The notes below the pieces were generated by a model that saw only the letters and a list, made by a program, of their open reading frames with translations, had not been told where the DNA came from and did no database searches. A DNA stretch of 64,000 nucleotides, taken from NCBI GenBank assembly GCA_041653875.1, contig JBAZEM010000003.1, forward strand, positions 102,424 to 166,423, written 5' to 3'. This document shows positions 48,998-57,896 of the stretch, piece by piece (position 1 is the first letter of the stretch; each line of letters opens with the position of its first letter). The DNA is from Kiritimatiellia bacterium (GTDB lineage: Bacteria; Verrucomicrobiota; Kiritimatiellia; JAAZAB01). A program made the position numbers and the translations under genes.

Positions 48998-50059
48998 ATG
49001 AGCTTTCAACCGAAATTTTTGGCCTCGGCCATCGGCAGCATGCCCTTCGATAACGCGGATTACGCCGTGGAAGTTTCACTGAAGAACCTGCCGCAGGCGC
49101 CGATTTGGCCGCAGCTTCCCAAATTCGGCATGAACGAACAGATGGAGATTCAGTATTCCGAAGGCATGCCCTGCGCCGTGATCGACCGGGACAAGCAGCG
49201 CCTCTATTTCAACACGTCCGGCGATTACTCCGAGTCCTTTGCCGCGTTTTACGAGACGTATATGGCCGCGACCGAAGGCGGCGATCTCTCCGCCCTGGCC
49301 ATCAGCCCCGCTTTTTCGCGCGGCATTTACGCCTTGGAAAAGCGTCTCCAGGCCGGCGGCAAAAAGCTGCCCTACGTAAAAGTGCAGACCACCGGGCCGT
49401 GCAGTTTTGCCCTGACGATCGTGGACGAAAACAAGCGGGCGATCTATTACAACGAGGAATTCCTCGACATGATCGTAAAGACCCTGGCGCTGAAATGCCG
49501 CTGGCAAATCCGCAAGTTCAAGCCGTTTGCGGAACGCATCATTTGTTTCGTTGACGAGCCCATTCTCTCCGCCTTCGGCAGTTCGACCTATGTATCGGTC
49601 AAACGCGAAGACGTGGTCGCCCGAATCGGCGAAGTGGTCGAGGCGATTCATGCGGAAGGCGGACTCGCCGGCATTCATTGCTGCGGCAACACGGAGTGGA
49701 GCATCCTGATCGACGCGGGTGTGGACATCGTGAATTTTGACGCCTTCGGTTTCGGCGAGACGATCGCCATGTATGCCGACGCGGTCAAAAGCCACCTCGC
49801 CCGGGGCGGCGTCCTGGCCTGGGGGATCGTGCCGACTTCCACGGCCATCCGGGAACAAACCGCGGATACGCTGGCCGCCAAACTGGAGCAGACCATGCAA
49901 CACCTCGCCGGCAAGGGGATCGATCCGGCCTTGATTGCGCAACAAGCCATGCTGACGCCGTCATGCGGCACGGGTTCGCTGGAGCCGGCCGACGCGCTCA
50001 AGGTCTTCGAAACGCTGGCGGCGCTGTCCGTGAAAATGCGGGCGCAATACCGGTTTTAA
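48998..50059 (+). CDS. Core-MetE-like (cobalamin-independent methionine synthase catalytic-domain family; UroD-like fold) methyltransferase
   Basis: FVDEPIL (MetE IQIDEPA-type motif). HCCGN and SCGTGS Zn-ligand motifs. 353 aa. Confidence 0.6.
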   Translation: MSFQPKFLASAIGSMPFDNADYAVEVSLKNLPQAPIWPQLPKFGMNEQMEIQYSEGMPCAVIDRDKQRLYFNTSGDYSESFAAFYETYMAATEGGDLSALAISPAFSRGIYALEKRLQAGGKKLPYVKVQTTGPCSFALTIVDENKRAIYYNEEFLDMIVKTLALKCRWQIRKFKPFAERIICFVDEPILSAFGSSTYVSVKREDVVARIGEVVEAIHAEGGLAGIHCCGNTEWSILIDAGVDIVNFDAFGFGETIAMYADAVKSHLARGGVLAWGIVPTSTAIREQTADTLAAKLEQTMQHLAGKGIDPALIAQQAMLTPSCGTGSLEPADALKVFETLAALSVKMRAQYRF

Positions 50060-50095
50060 CCGCAAAGCGCGCGAACTCCGGCGGAGGAGGCGACC

Positions 50096-50311
50096 ATGAG
50101 CGACATCCGGTGTCCGGGACAGGACCAGCGCTATTGGAAGCCGGGCGATATTTTTTACGCCGGCTGTCCCTGGTGCGGCGCGGAAATCGAATTTTGGAAG
50201 GACGAGCCGGTTCGGATTTGTTCGAAATGCAGGCGCGAAGTGCGGAATCCACGAATGGACCTTGGATGCGCCAAGTGGTGCAAAGAGGCGGACAAATGCC
50301 TGGGACGCTGA
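50096..50311 (+). CDS. Small 8-Cys zinc-ribbon-like protein
   Basis: 71 aa. CPGQ...CPWC...CSKC...C..C...C pattern. Strong GGAGGAGG RBS 5-6 nt upstream. Confidence 0.5.
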   Translation: MSDIRCPGQDQRYWKPGDIFYAGCPWCGAEIEFWKDEPVRICSKCRREVRNPRMDLGCAKWCKEADKCLGR

Positions 50312-50321
50312 AAACGACTTC

Positions 50322-51095
50322 ATGAAAATAGCCATTTCAGGCAAGGGCGGGGTCGGAAAGTCAACCTTGGCGGCGGCGCTGTCCTTGCTTCTGGCGCGCA
50401 AGGGCCGGCAAGTGCTGGCCGTGGATGCCGATCCGGACTCCAATCTCGGGGCATCCCTGGGCATCCCGGCGGCGGACCGCCGGGCGATCGTGTCCATTGC
50501 CCGCCAAGTCGCCTTGATCGAGGAGCGCACGGGCGCGAAAGTCAGCCAGTTCGGCCAGGTCTTTAAGATGAATCCGGATGTCGCGGATATCGCGGATACT
50601 TTTGCCTGGCGGCACAACGGCGTGGCCTTGCTGGTGCTGGGCGCGGTGAAACGGGGCGGAGGCGGATGCGCTTGTCCGGAGAATGTGCTGCTCAAGGCGC
50701 TGGTGACCGAGTTGGTGTTGCGGCGGGACGAGGCCCTGGTGATGGACATGGAAGCCGGCATCGAGCATCTCGGACGGGGCACGACCCGGGGCGTGGATCT
50801 GATGCTGGTTGTGGTGGAGCCCGGCCAGCGGTCTCTGGATACCGCCCGCCGTGTGTTCGAGTTGGGCAGGCAACTGGGCTTGCGCCGTTTCCGGGTCGTG
50901 GCGAATAAAATCGCGAGCCCAGCCGACGAAACCTTCGTCCGTTCGGCCTTTAACGAGGAAGAATTGATCGGCGCGATTCCGTATTCCGAGGCCTTGCGCG
51001 GAGCGGACCGGGATGGCCGTTCCGTGTTGGACGGCATCCCCCCGGACATCCTGGCCAGGTTCGAAACAATTTTACGGCAAGTTGAACAAACGTAA
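50322..51095 (+). CDS. cooC: CO dehydrogenase nickel-insertion ATPase CooC
   Basis: P-loop SGKGGVGKST. CACPE Ni-binding CxC motif. Confidence 0.85.
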   Translation: MKIAISGKGGVGKSTLAAALSLLLARKGRQVLAVDADPDSNLGASLGIPAADRRAIVSIARQVALIEERTGAKVSQFGQVFKMNPDVADIADTFAWRHNGVALLVLGAVKRGGGGCACPENVLLKALVTELVLRRDEALVMDMEAGIEHLGRGTTRGVDLMLVVVEPGQRSLDTARRVFELGRQLGLRRFRVVANKIASPADETFVRSAFNEEELIGAIPYSEALRGADRDGRSVLDGIPPDILARFETILRQVEQT

Positions 51096-51141
51096 GCGCA
51101 AACACTTACAATCGACAATTTGTTAGGAACAGGAGCCAAGA

Positions 51142-51375
51142 ATGAGCATCACGGATATTGAGCGTCAGAAATATGTCCGCCTGATCGCGCGCGTGGAAGA
51201 GTTGGAAGCCCGCGTGGCGGAACTGGAAGACGAAATCGCCTTCGATAAAGACTCCGGCCAATCCCAGGATGGGGCCTTGGTGGCAGACGAACTGCGGGCG
51301 GCGCAGAACAAATTGGCCGCGGCGCGCACCGAGCTGGCGCGCGTCAGCGACGGTTGCGGAAAACCCCACGGATGA
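51142..51375 (+). CDS. Small coiled-coil protein between the two cooC genes
   Basis: 77 aa, heptad-like EELEARVAELEDE. AGGAG RBS. Confidence 0.4.
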   Translation: MSITDIERQKYVRLIARVEELEARVAELEDEIAFDKDSGQSQDGALVADELRAAQNKLAAARTELARVSDGCGKPHG

Positions 51376-51418
51376 CCGGCAACGATTTTTTCAACCACGA
51401 GCGAAGAAATTGACGCGT

Positions 51419-52198
51419 ATGAGTTTCACGATTGCCATAACGGGCAAAGGGGGGGTCGGCAAAACGACGCTCGCGGGTCTTCTGGTGAAACGCCTGATCG
51501 CCTCCGGACGCCGGCCCGTCCTGGCCGTGGACGCGGACCCCAACACCTGTTTGGACGCCGCGCTGGGCGTAAAAATCCGGCAGACGGTCGGCGGCGGCCG
51601 GGAAGAGGCCCGTCAAATCGCCGGCAAGGGGCTGGCGTCCGGCATTTCCAAACAGCAACTGTTGGAGCTGAAAATCGAGGAAAGCTTGGTGGAGGCCGAG
51701 GCTTTCGATTATCTCGCCATGGGACGGCCCGAGGGGCCGGGCTGTTATTGCTATGCCAATAATGTATTGAAATCGGCCTTGGAGACGCTGGCCGGCCATT
51801 ACCCCTATGTGGTGCTCGATAACGAGGCCGGATTGGAAAACCTCTCGCGCCGGATCGTGCGCAAAGTGGATCTTTTGATCATGGTGTCGGACCCGTCCCG
51901 CCGCGGCTTGGAAACGGTGCGGCGCTTGCACGCGCTGGCGCGGGAAATGGGCGTGGCCTTCGACCGTCTGGCTTTGGTGGTCAACCGCCTGCGGCAGGAA
52001 ACGCTGCCCGCGGAGGTCGAGGCCGTCCGCGCTGAAACCGGCGCCCAGGCGGTCTGGGGTTTGCCGGATCTCGCGGCGGTGGCGGAGCGAGCGGAGCGCG
52101 GCGAGTATGGATGCGACCTTCCGGCGGACAACGCGCTGGTGCGAAAAGTGGATGAGTTGCTGCGGGTTTTAGTGCCTGGCCGCGAAACTGGAGGATGA
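51419..52198 (+). CDS. acsF: CooC/AcsF-type Ni-insertion ATPase (second paralog)
   Basis: P-loop TGKGGVGKTT. CYCYAN CxC motif. Confidence 0.8.
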   Translation: MSFTIAITGKGGVGKTTLAGLLVKRLIASGRRPVLAVDADPNTCLDAALGVKIRQTVGGGREEARQIAGKGLASGISKQQLLELKIEESLVEAEAFDYLAMGRPEGPGCYCYANNVLKSALETLAGHYPYVVLDNEAGLENLSRRIVRKVDLLIMVSDPSRRGLETVRRLHALAREMGVAFDRLALVVNRLRQETLPAEVEAVRAETGAQAVWGLPDLAAVAERAERGEYGCDLPADNALVRKVDELLRVLVPGRETGG

Positions 52199-54159
52199 TC
52201 AACGATATGACAACGGAGACGAAACCAACCAAAAAAGCGGAAGATCGCGCCTGGGATGCGGCCTCCGTTGCGGTGTTGAACAAGGCCGCGGCGGAGTGTA
52301 TCGACACCTGCTTCAGCCGCATGGACACCCAGCAGAACCAATGCGCCTTCGGCAAACAAGGCATCTGTTGCCGGATTTGCTATATGGGGCCTTGCCGCAT
52401 CACGGCGAAAGCCCCCCGCGGGGTGTGCGGCGCGGATGCCGACACCATTGTGGCCCGCAATTTGCTCCGCGAAGTGGCCGGCGGCACCGCGGCGCATTCC
52501 GACCACGGACGCCACCTGGCGCTGCTGCTCAAGCGCGTCGCCGAAGGGCAAGGCGGCGATTACCGGATCAAGGATGAAGCCGTCTTGCGCCAGGCGGCCC
52601 GCTGGTACCAGGTCGAAGAAAGCGGCCGGGCGGCGAACGCCGTGGCGCTGGATCTGGCCAAATTGTTCTTGAACGAGTTTGCCTCGCAGGAAGAGACGCT
52701 CCGGACTTTGGCGCTGGCGCCGCAGAAACGGCGGAGCGTCTGGGAAAAAGAAGGCATCCAGCCGCAGGGGATCGACCGCATGTGCGTGGAAGCCCTGCAC
52801 CGCTCGACCATGGGCGTGGATCACGATTACGCGCATCTGCTGAGCCATGCGTTCCGAACCGCCTTGGCCGATGGCTGGGGCGGATCGCGGATTGCCACAA
52901 TCGTGTCCGATATTCTCTTCGGTTCGCCCGCGCCGGTGCGCAGCGAGGCGAATCTCGGCGTGCTGGGCGCCAAAACCGTGAACGTGGTGGTCCATGGCCA
53001 TGAACCCGCGCTTTCCGAAATGCTGGCCATTGCGTCGCAGGATGCGGACATGCTGGCGCTGGCGCGCGCGGCGGGGGCGGAAGGCATCACGCTGGCGGGC
53101 ATTTGTTGCACCGCCAACGAAATTTTGATTCGCCGCGGCATTCCGATCGCCGGGAATTTGCTGCAACAGGAATTGGCGATCGTCACCGGCGCCGTCGAGA
53201 TGATGGTGGTGGATGTGCAGTGCTGCATGCCCAGCTTGCCGACCGTGGCCGCGGCTTATCACACGGAAGTCGTTTCCACCAGCGCGATCGCCAAGACCCT
53301 TGGCACCACGCAGGCGGCCTTTGACGAGGAAAAGGCCCTGGCCTGCGCCAAGGACCTGCTCCGCCGCGCCATTGCCAACTTCAAGAACCGCCAGAGCGCC
53401 AAAGTCGCGATTCCGCCCTTGCGCTCGCCGCTGGTGGCCGGCTTTGGCGTCGAGGCAATCAAATATATGCTCGGCGGCCGTTACCGCGCCTCGTTTCGTC
53501 CGTTGAACGACGCCATCATGCAGGGCCGCATCCACGGCGTGGTGGGAATTGTCGGTTGCAACAACCCCAAGACGCGGGTCGATGAATACATCAACACCCT
53601 GACCAAGGCCTTGATCCAACGCAATGTGCTGGTGCTTAAGACCGGTTGCGCGGCGATTGCCTCGGCCAAGGAGGGACTCTTGACGCCCGAGGCGGCCTTG
53701 GAAGCGGCCGGGCCCGGCCTGCGCGAAGTGTGCGAAGCCATCGGCATCCCGCCGGTCTTGCACATGGGCAGTTGCGTGGACAATTCCCGCATCCTCGAGG
53801 CCGCCACGGAGGTCGTGCGGGAAGGAGGCTTGGGCGACGATCTTTCCATGATCCCGGCCGTGGGGGTGGCGCCGGAATGGATGAGCGAGAAAGCCGTGGC
53901 CATCGGCTTCTATTTTGTCGCCTCGGGCGTGGACGTCATCCTCGGGCATCCTTTCCGCATCGCCGGTTCGGCCAAGGCAACCCAATTCCTGAACACGGAT
54001 GTCCGTGAATCGTTCGGCGCAAGCTTCCACGTTTGCGAAGACGCGCCCGCCGCCGTCGAGCGGATTTTCGAACTGCTCGACCAGCGCCGCGAAAAATTGG
54101 GAATCAACCGCAAGATGGAGCGCAAGCTCTTTGACATGAAAGACAGGAGAGGCGTATAA
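52195..54159 (+). CDS. cooS: Anaerobic Ni-Fe-S carbon monoxide dehydrogenase catalytic subunit (CooS/AcsA)
   Basis: GICCRICYMGPCRI B/D-cluster motif. C-cluster ligand regions (HGH, GICCTANE, GCNN..., MGSCVDN). Alternative start ATG 52207. Confidence 0.85.
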   Translation: MINDMTTETKPTKKAEDRAWDAASVAVLNKAAAECIDTCFSRMDTQQNQCAFGKQGICCRICYMGPCRITAKAPRGVCGADADTIVARNLLREVAGGTAAHSDHGRHLALLLKRVAEGQGGDYRIKDEAVLRQAARWYQVEESGRAANAVALDLAKLFLNEFASQEETLRTLALAPQKRRSVWEKEGIQPQGIDRMCVEALHRSTMGVDHDYAHLLSHAFRTALADGWGGSRIATIVSDILFGSPAPVRSEANLGVLGAKTVNVVVHGHEPALSEMLAIASQDADMLALARAAGAEGITLAGICCTANEILIRRGIPIAGNLLQQELAIVTGAVEMMVVDVQCCMPSLPTVAAAYHTEVVSTSAIAKTLGTTQAAFDEEKALACAKDLLRRAIANFKNRQSAKVAIPPLRSPLVAGFGVEAIKYMLGGRYRASFRPLNDAIMQGRIHGVVGIVGCNNPKTRVDEYINTLTKALIQRNVLVLKTGCAAIASAKEGLLTPEAALEAAGPGLREVCEAIGIPPVLHMGSCVDNSRILEAATEVVREGGLGDDLSMIPAVGVAPEWMSEKAVAIGFYFVASGVDVILGHPFRIAGSAKATQFLNTDVRESFGASFHVCEDAPAAVERIFELLDQRREKLGINRKMERKLFDMKDRRGV

Positions 54160-57100
54160 TGTCTAAACTCATCTGCAGCAACGCCATCGATGGCGCCATC
54201 GAATGGGTGGCCCGGGCCGAAGCAAAACTGGCGGAGGCAATCCGCTCCAAAGGCGAAGCGTGTCCGGCGGCCTTTCCATCCACCGCGTATTTCCTGCCCA
54301 TCATCTATTCGTTCCTGGGCCAAAAGGTCGCCACCCTCGGAGACATGCGGAGCATTCTGCGCCGCGCCAAGGAACTGCTCCCGGCGCGGCCGTCCCGGCA
54401 GGTCTGGCTGCCGTATTTGGGCAATACGCTGGATGCCGGCGTGGCCGCGCTTTTTGCGTGCGAGATTCTGGAAGCCTGCAAGTATGTCATCGGCCCCAAC
54501 CCGGTGGAAGGCATTTGGCTGGGCGCGGCCAACGACGTGATCATGCGCGAGCGCGGCATCGAGTTCGTGGATGGAACGGCGCCGGGATTCGCCGCCATTG
54601 TCGGCGCGGCGCCGAACAAGGAAATCGCCGTGCAGATCGCCCGGGAATTACAGCAAAAGAATTTGTACGTGTTCATGGCCGGTTGCACGAATGGCGTGCA
54701 GTTCGCCGAACAGCTCGCCGAGGCCGGCGTGCAGCTGGGTTGGGAAACCCGACTGGTACCGTTCGGCCGCGATGTTTCGGCGGCGGTTTACGCCCTGGGG
54801 TTCGCCAACCGCGCGGCCCTTTCGTTCGGCGGCGTCAAGCCCGGCGATTACGAAGCCAACCTGAAGTATAACAAGAACCGTATCTTTGCCTTTGTGCTGG
54901 CGCTGGGCGAAGTGACGGCCGACAAATATGCCGTGGCGGCCGGCGCGATCAATTACGGCTTCCCGGTCATCGCGGACACCAACATCCCGCAGATCCTTCC
55001 CACGGGGGTGTGCACCTACGAGCATGTGGTATCCAACGTCCCCTACGAGAGCATGGTGGAACGCGCCCTGGAAGTCCGCGGCTGTAAAATCAAGATCGCC
55101 AAGGTGCCGATTCCCGTGCCCTATGGCCCGGCCTTCGAGGGCGAGCGCATCCGCAAGGCGGATGTTCATGCGGAGTTCGGCGGCAACCTGACGCCCGCGT
55201 TCGAATTCGCCACCTCCGTGGGCCTGGACCAGATCAATGACGGCGAGGTGGAAATCATCGGGCCGGATATCGACCAGGCGCCGGCCGGAACGGCGCTGCC
55301 TTTGGCCATCTGGGTGGAAGCGGCCGGGCGGAAAATGCAGCCGGATTTCGAGCCCATTCTGGAACGCCAGATCCATCACATGCTTAACGGCGCGGAAGGC
55401 ATCTGGCACATGGGCCAGCGCGACATCGTCTGGACGCGCGTCTCCAAGGCCGGGTTTGCCAAAGGCCTGCGTCTGCGCCATTACGGCGATATCCTCCATG
55501 CCAAATTGTTGTCCGACTATCCCGCCATCGTGGACAAGGTCAAGGTGACGCTGGTGACGGACCGGGCGGAAGTCGAGAAGCGCCTGGCCGTGGCCCGCAA
55601 AGTGTATGACGAGCGCAACCGCCGGCTGGAGACCATGACCGACGATTCCGTGGATACGTTTTACTCCTGTCTGCTGTGCCAGTCCTTTGCCCCCAACCAC
55701 GTCTGCATCATCACGCCCGAACGCCTGGGCTTGTGCGGCGCCTACAACTGGCTGGACGGCAAGGCGGCCTATGAAATCGACGAGACTGGCCCAAACCAGC
55801 CGGTGAAAAAAGGCGAATGCCTGGATCCGGTCAAGGGCGTGTGGAAGGGCATCGATGACTTCGTCTATGTGAACAGCCACAAGACCGTCCCTTCGTTCTG
55901 CGCCTATTCGATCATGGACAAGCCCATGACCAGTTGCGGCTGCTTCGAAGCGATTGTGGCCTATGTGCCGGAATGCAACGGCGTCATGGTGGTGAACCGG
56001 GAATTCCTGGGCGAAACGCCCGCCGGCATGACGTTCTCGTCCCTCGCCGGAAATGTGGGCGGCGGTCAGCAAACCCCTGGTTTCATGGGATGCGGCAAAG
56101 TGTTCCTGACATCGCGAAAATTCATGTTTGCCGAAGGCGGACACAAGCGCCTGGTCTGGATGCCCAAGGCGCTTAAAAAACTGCTGGCCGACGACCTGAA
56201 AAGACGGTTTACGGAACAGGGCGCCCCGGATCTCATGGACAAGATTGCCGACGAATCGGTCGGCAGCGATGGACAGACCGTCCGCGCCTTCATGGAAAAG
56301 GTGGACCACCCCGCGCTGCGCATGGACGACATGGCCACCTATGCCGAAGCGGCGCCCAAGGCGGAGGCGGCTCCCAGCACGCCGGCGCCCGCGGCGACAC
56401 TCATGGAAACGGCGGCGGCAAAATCCCTTGCGCCAGAACTCACGCCCGGAAAACCGGACGAGGCCCCGGCATTGACGCCGGACCTGATCGCCCAGATCAA
56501 GGCGCAGGTGGCGCATGAAGTCAAGACGACACTCACACAAGAGATCGTCCGCGACATCATCGGCTCCTTGAGCCGTCAATTTCTGGGCGGCTCGAGTCCT
56601 GTTTTGCCGGCAACCGCTCCCGCGGCAATGCCCGCGGCGCCGGCGCCCGTTGCCGCCCGCGCGCCGGAGTCAAAAAAGCCAGGCGTTGCGGAGCGCCTGG
56701 CCGCTGTCCGGACATTTACCATCAAGAAAGAGGCCTGCGAAGTCCCGGTGTGGACCGTGAAACTCGGGGCCACCAAGGCCGAAGGCGGAACGCGCGGCCG
56801 CACCTATATGATCGGCGGCGCCAAAGCGTTGCCGTTTCACGGCTGGGAAGGCAAGGCCGCCAATCCGCCGCGCATTGCCATGGAAGTTTACGATGTGGTG
56901 AGTGAAAAGTATCCGGCCGTGTTGCGCGCGATTTACGGCGACCTGTTAAACGATCCGGCGGCCATGGCGCGTGAATGCGTGACCAAGCACGGGGCCGATT
57001 TGATTTCCGTGCGCTTGGACGGCACCCACCCGGAGCGCGGCAACCGCTCGCCGGAACAAGCCGTCGAAGTCGTCCAGTCCGTGCTCCGGGCCGTGGATGT

Positions 57101-57674
57101 GCCGTTGATTGTCACCGGCCACAACAATTTCGACCGGAACAATGAGGTCATGAAGGCGGTGGCCCAGGCGTGCGCCGGTGAAAACCTGCTCTTGAACTGG
57201 GTGGAACAGAACAATTACCGGACGATCGCCGGCGCGGCCATTGCCTACAACCATGCCGTCGTTGCGCAGGCGCCCATCGACGTGAACATCGCCAAGCAAT
57301 TGAACATTCTGCTGACGAATATGGATTTGAAACCCGAGCGGATTGTCATGGACCCCATGACCGGCGCGCTGGGCTATGGCATCGAATACACCTATTCGGT
57401 CATGGAGCGCATTCGGCTGACCGGACTCGGCGGCGACAAGATGCTGGCCGGCCCGCTGATGGTCGCGCCCGGACCGGAATGCGTCAAAGTCAAGGAATGC
57501 AAGGCCGCGGAACGGGATTTCCCGGCCTGGGGTAATCTGGCCCAGCGCGCCGCGCTCTGGGAGCTGACCACCGCGCTCAGCCTGCTGTATGCCGGCGCCG
57601 ACCTGCTTGTCCTGAACCATCCGGATGCCGTTCGGGAACTGAAGTCGGCCATCGCACAGTTGATGGAGGAATAA
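54159..57674 (+). CDS. acsB: Acetyl-CoA synthase AcsB fused through an Ala/Pro-rich linker to a CFeSP small-subunit (AcsD/CdhD-like) TIM-barrel domain
   Basis: AcsB A-cluster motif CGCFE plus CLLCQSFAPNHVC. C-terminal ~330 aa match AcsD (GGTRGRTYMIGG, IAMEVYD, MDPMTGALGYGIEY). 1171 aa in total. Confidence 0.8.
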   Translation: MSKLICSNAIDGAIEWVARAEAKLAEAIRSKGEACPAAFPSTAYFLPIIYSFLGQKVATLGDMRSILRRAKELLPARPSRQVWLPYLGNTLDAGVAALFACEILEACKYVIGPNPVEGIWLGAANDVIMRERGIEFVDGTAPGFAAIVGAAPNKEIAVQIARELQQKNLYVFMAGCTNGVQFAEQLAEAGVQLGWETRLVPFGRDVSAAVYALGFANRAALSFGGVKPGDYEANLKYNKNRIFAFVLALGEVTADKYAVAAGAINYGFPVIADTNIPQILPTGVCTYEHVVSNVPYESMVERALEVRGCKIKIAKVPIPVPYGPAFEGERIRKADVHAEFGGNLTPAFEFATSVGLDQINDGEVEIIGPDIDQAPAGTALPLAIWVEAAGRKMQPDFEPILERQIHHMLNGAEGIWHMGQRDIVWTRVSKAGFAKGLRLRHYGDILHAKLLSDYPAIVDKVKVTLVTDRAEVEKRLAVARKVYDERNRRLETMTDDSVDTFYSCLLCQSFAPNHVCIITPERLGLCGAYNWLDGKAAYEIDETGPNQPVKKGECLDPVKGVWKGIDDFVYVNSHKTVPSFCAYSIMDKPMTSCGCFEAIVAYVPECNGVMVVNREFLGETPAGMTFSSLAGNVGGGQQTPGFMGCGKVFLTSRKFMFAEGGHKRLVWMPKALKKLLADDLKRRFTEQGAPDLMDKIADESVGSDGQTVRAFMEKVDHPALRMDDMATYAEAAPKAEAAPSTPAPAATLMETAAAKSLAPELTPGKPDEAPALTPDLIAQIKAQVAHEVKTTLTQEIVRDIIGSLSRQFLGGSSPVLPATAPAAMPAAPAPVAARAPESKKPGVAERLAAVRTFTIKKEACEVPVWTVKLGATKAEGGTRGRTYMIGGAKALPFHGWEGKAANPPRIAMEVYDVVSEKYPAVLRAIYGDLLNDPAAMARECVTKHGADLISVRLDGTHPERGNRSPEQAVEVVQSVLRAVDVPLIVTGHNNFDRNNEVMKAVAQACAGENLLLNWVEQNNYRTIAGAAIAYNHAVVAQAPIDVNIAKQLNILLTNMDLKPERIVMDPMTGALGYGIEYTYSVMERIRLTGLGGDKMLAGPLMVAPGPECVKVKECKAAERDFPAWGNLAQRAALWELTTALSLLYAGADLLVLNHPDAVRELKSAIAQLMEE

Positions 57675-57740
57675 GGCGCGGCTAATCCGTTTTGCCAAAA
57701 CCAAGAACCAATTTTTTTGGGCTAATTTAATCAAGCCTTC

Positions 57741-57833
57741 GGTTATTTTGCCGTTCTATCGAACGGCCACTACGCCGAATGGCCTGTCTGAACTCGGCCA
57801 GGGGTGTAGCTGCGGTTCGACAGAACCGCTGTG
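57741..57833. repeat. Family C hairpin repeat between acsB-D and acsC
   Basis: ttttgccgttctatcgaacggc...gtgtagctgcggttcgacagaaccgct. Confidence 0.65.
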
Positions 57834-57896
57834 TTTTGAATTCACTTAACATCGAGAACGGAACAATATCCAATTCGACAACCAACGAGGTGACGC

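Noticed and set aside
52207-52209. Alternative cooS start (MTTETKP)
   Set aside because: Either start is possible. I kept 52195 because of the ATGA coupling with cooC2, though the GGAGG there is directly adjacent with zero spacing, so this is uncertain.
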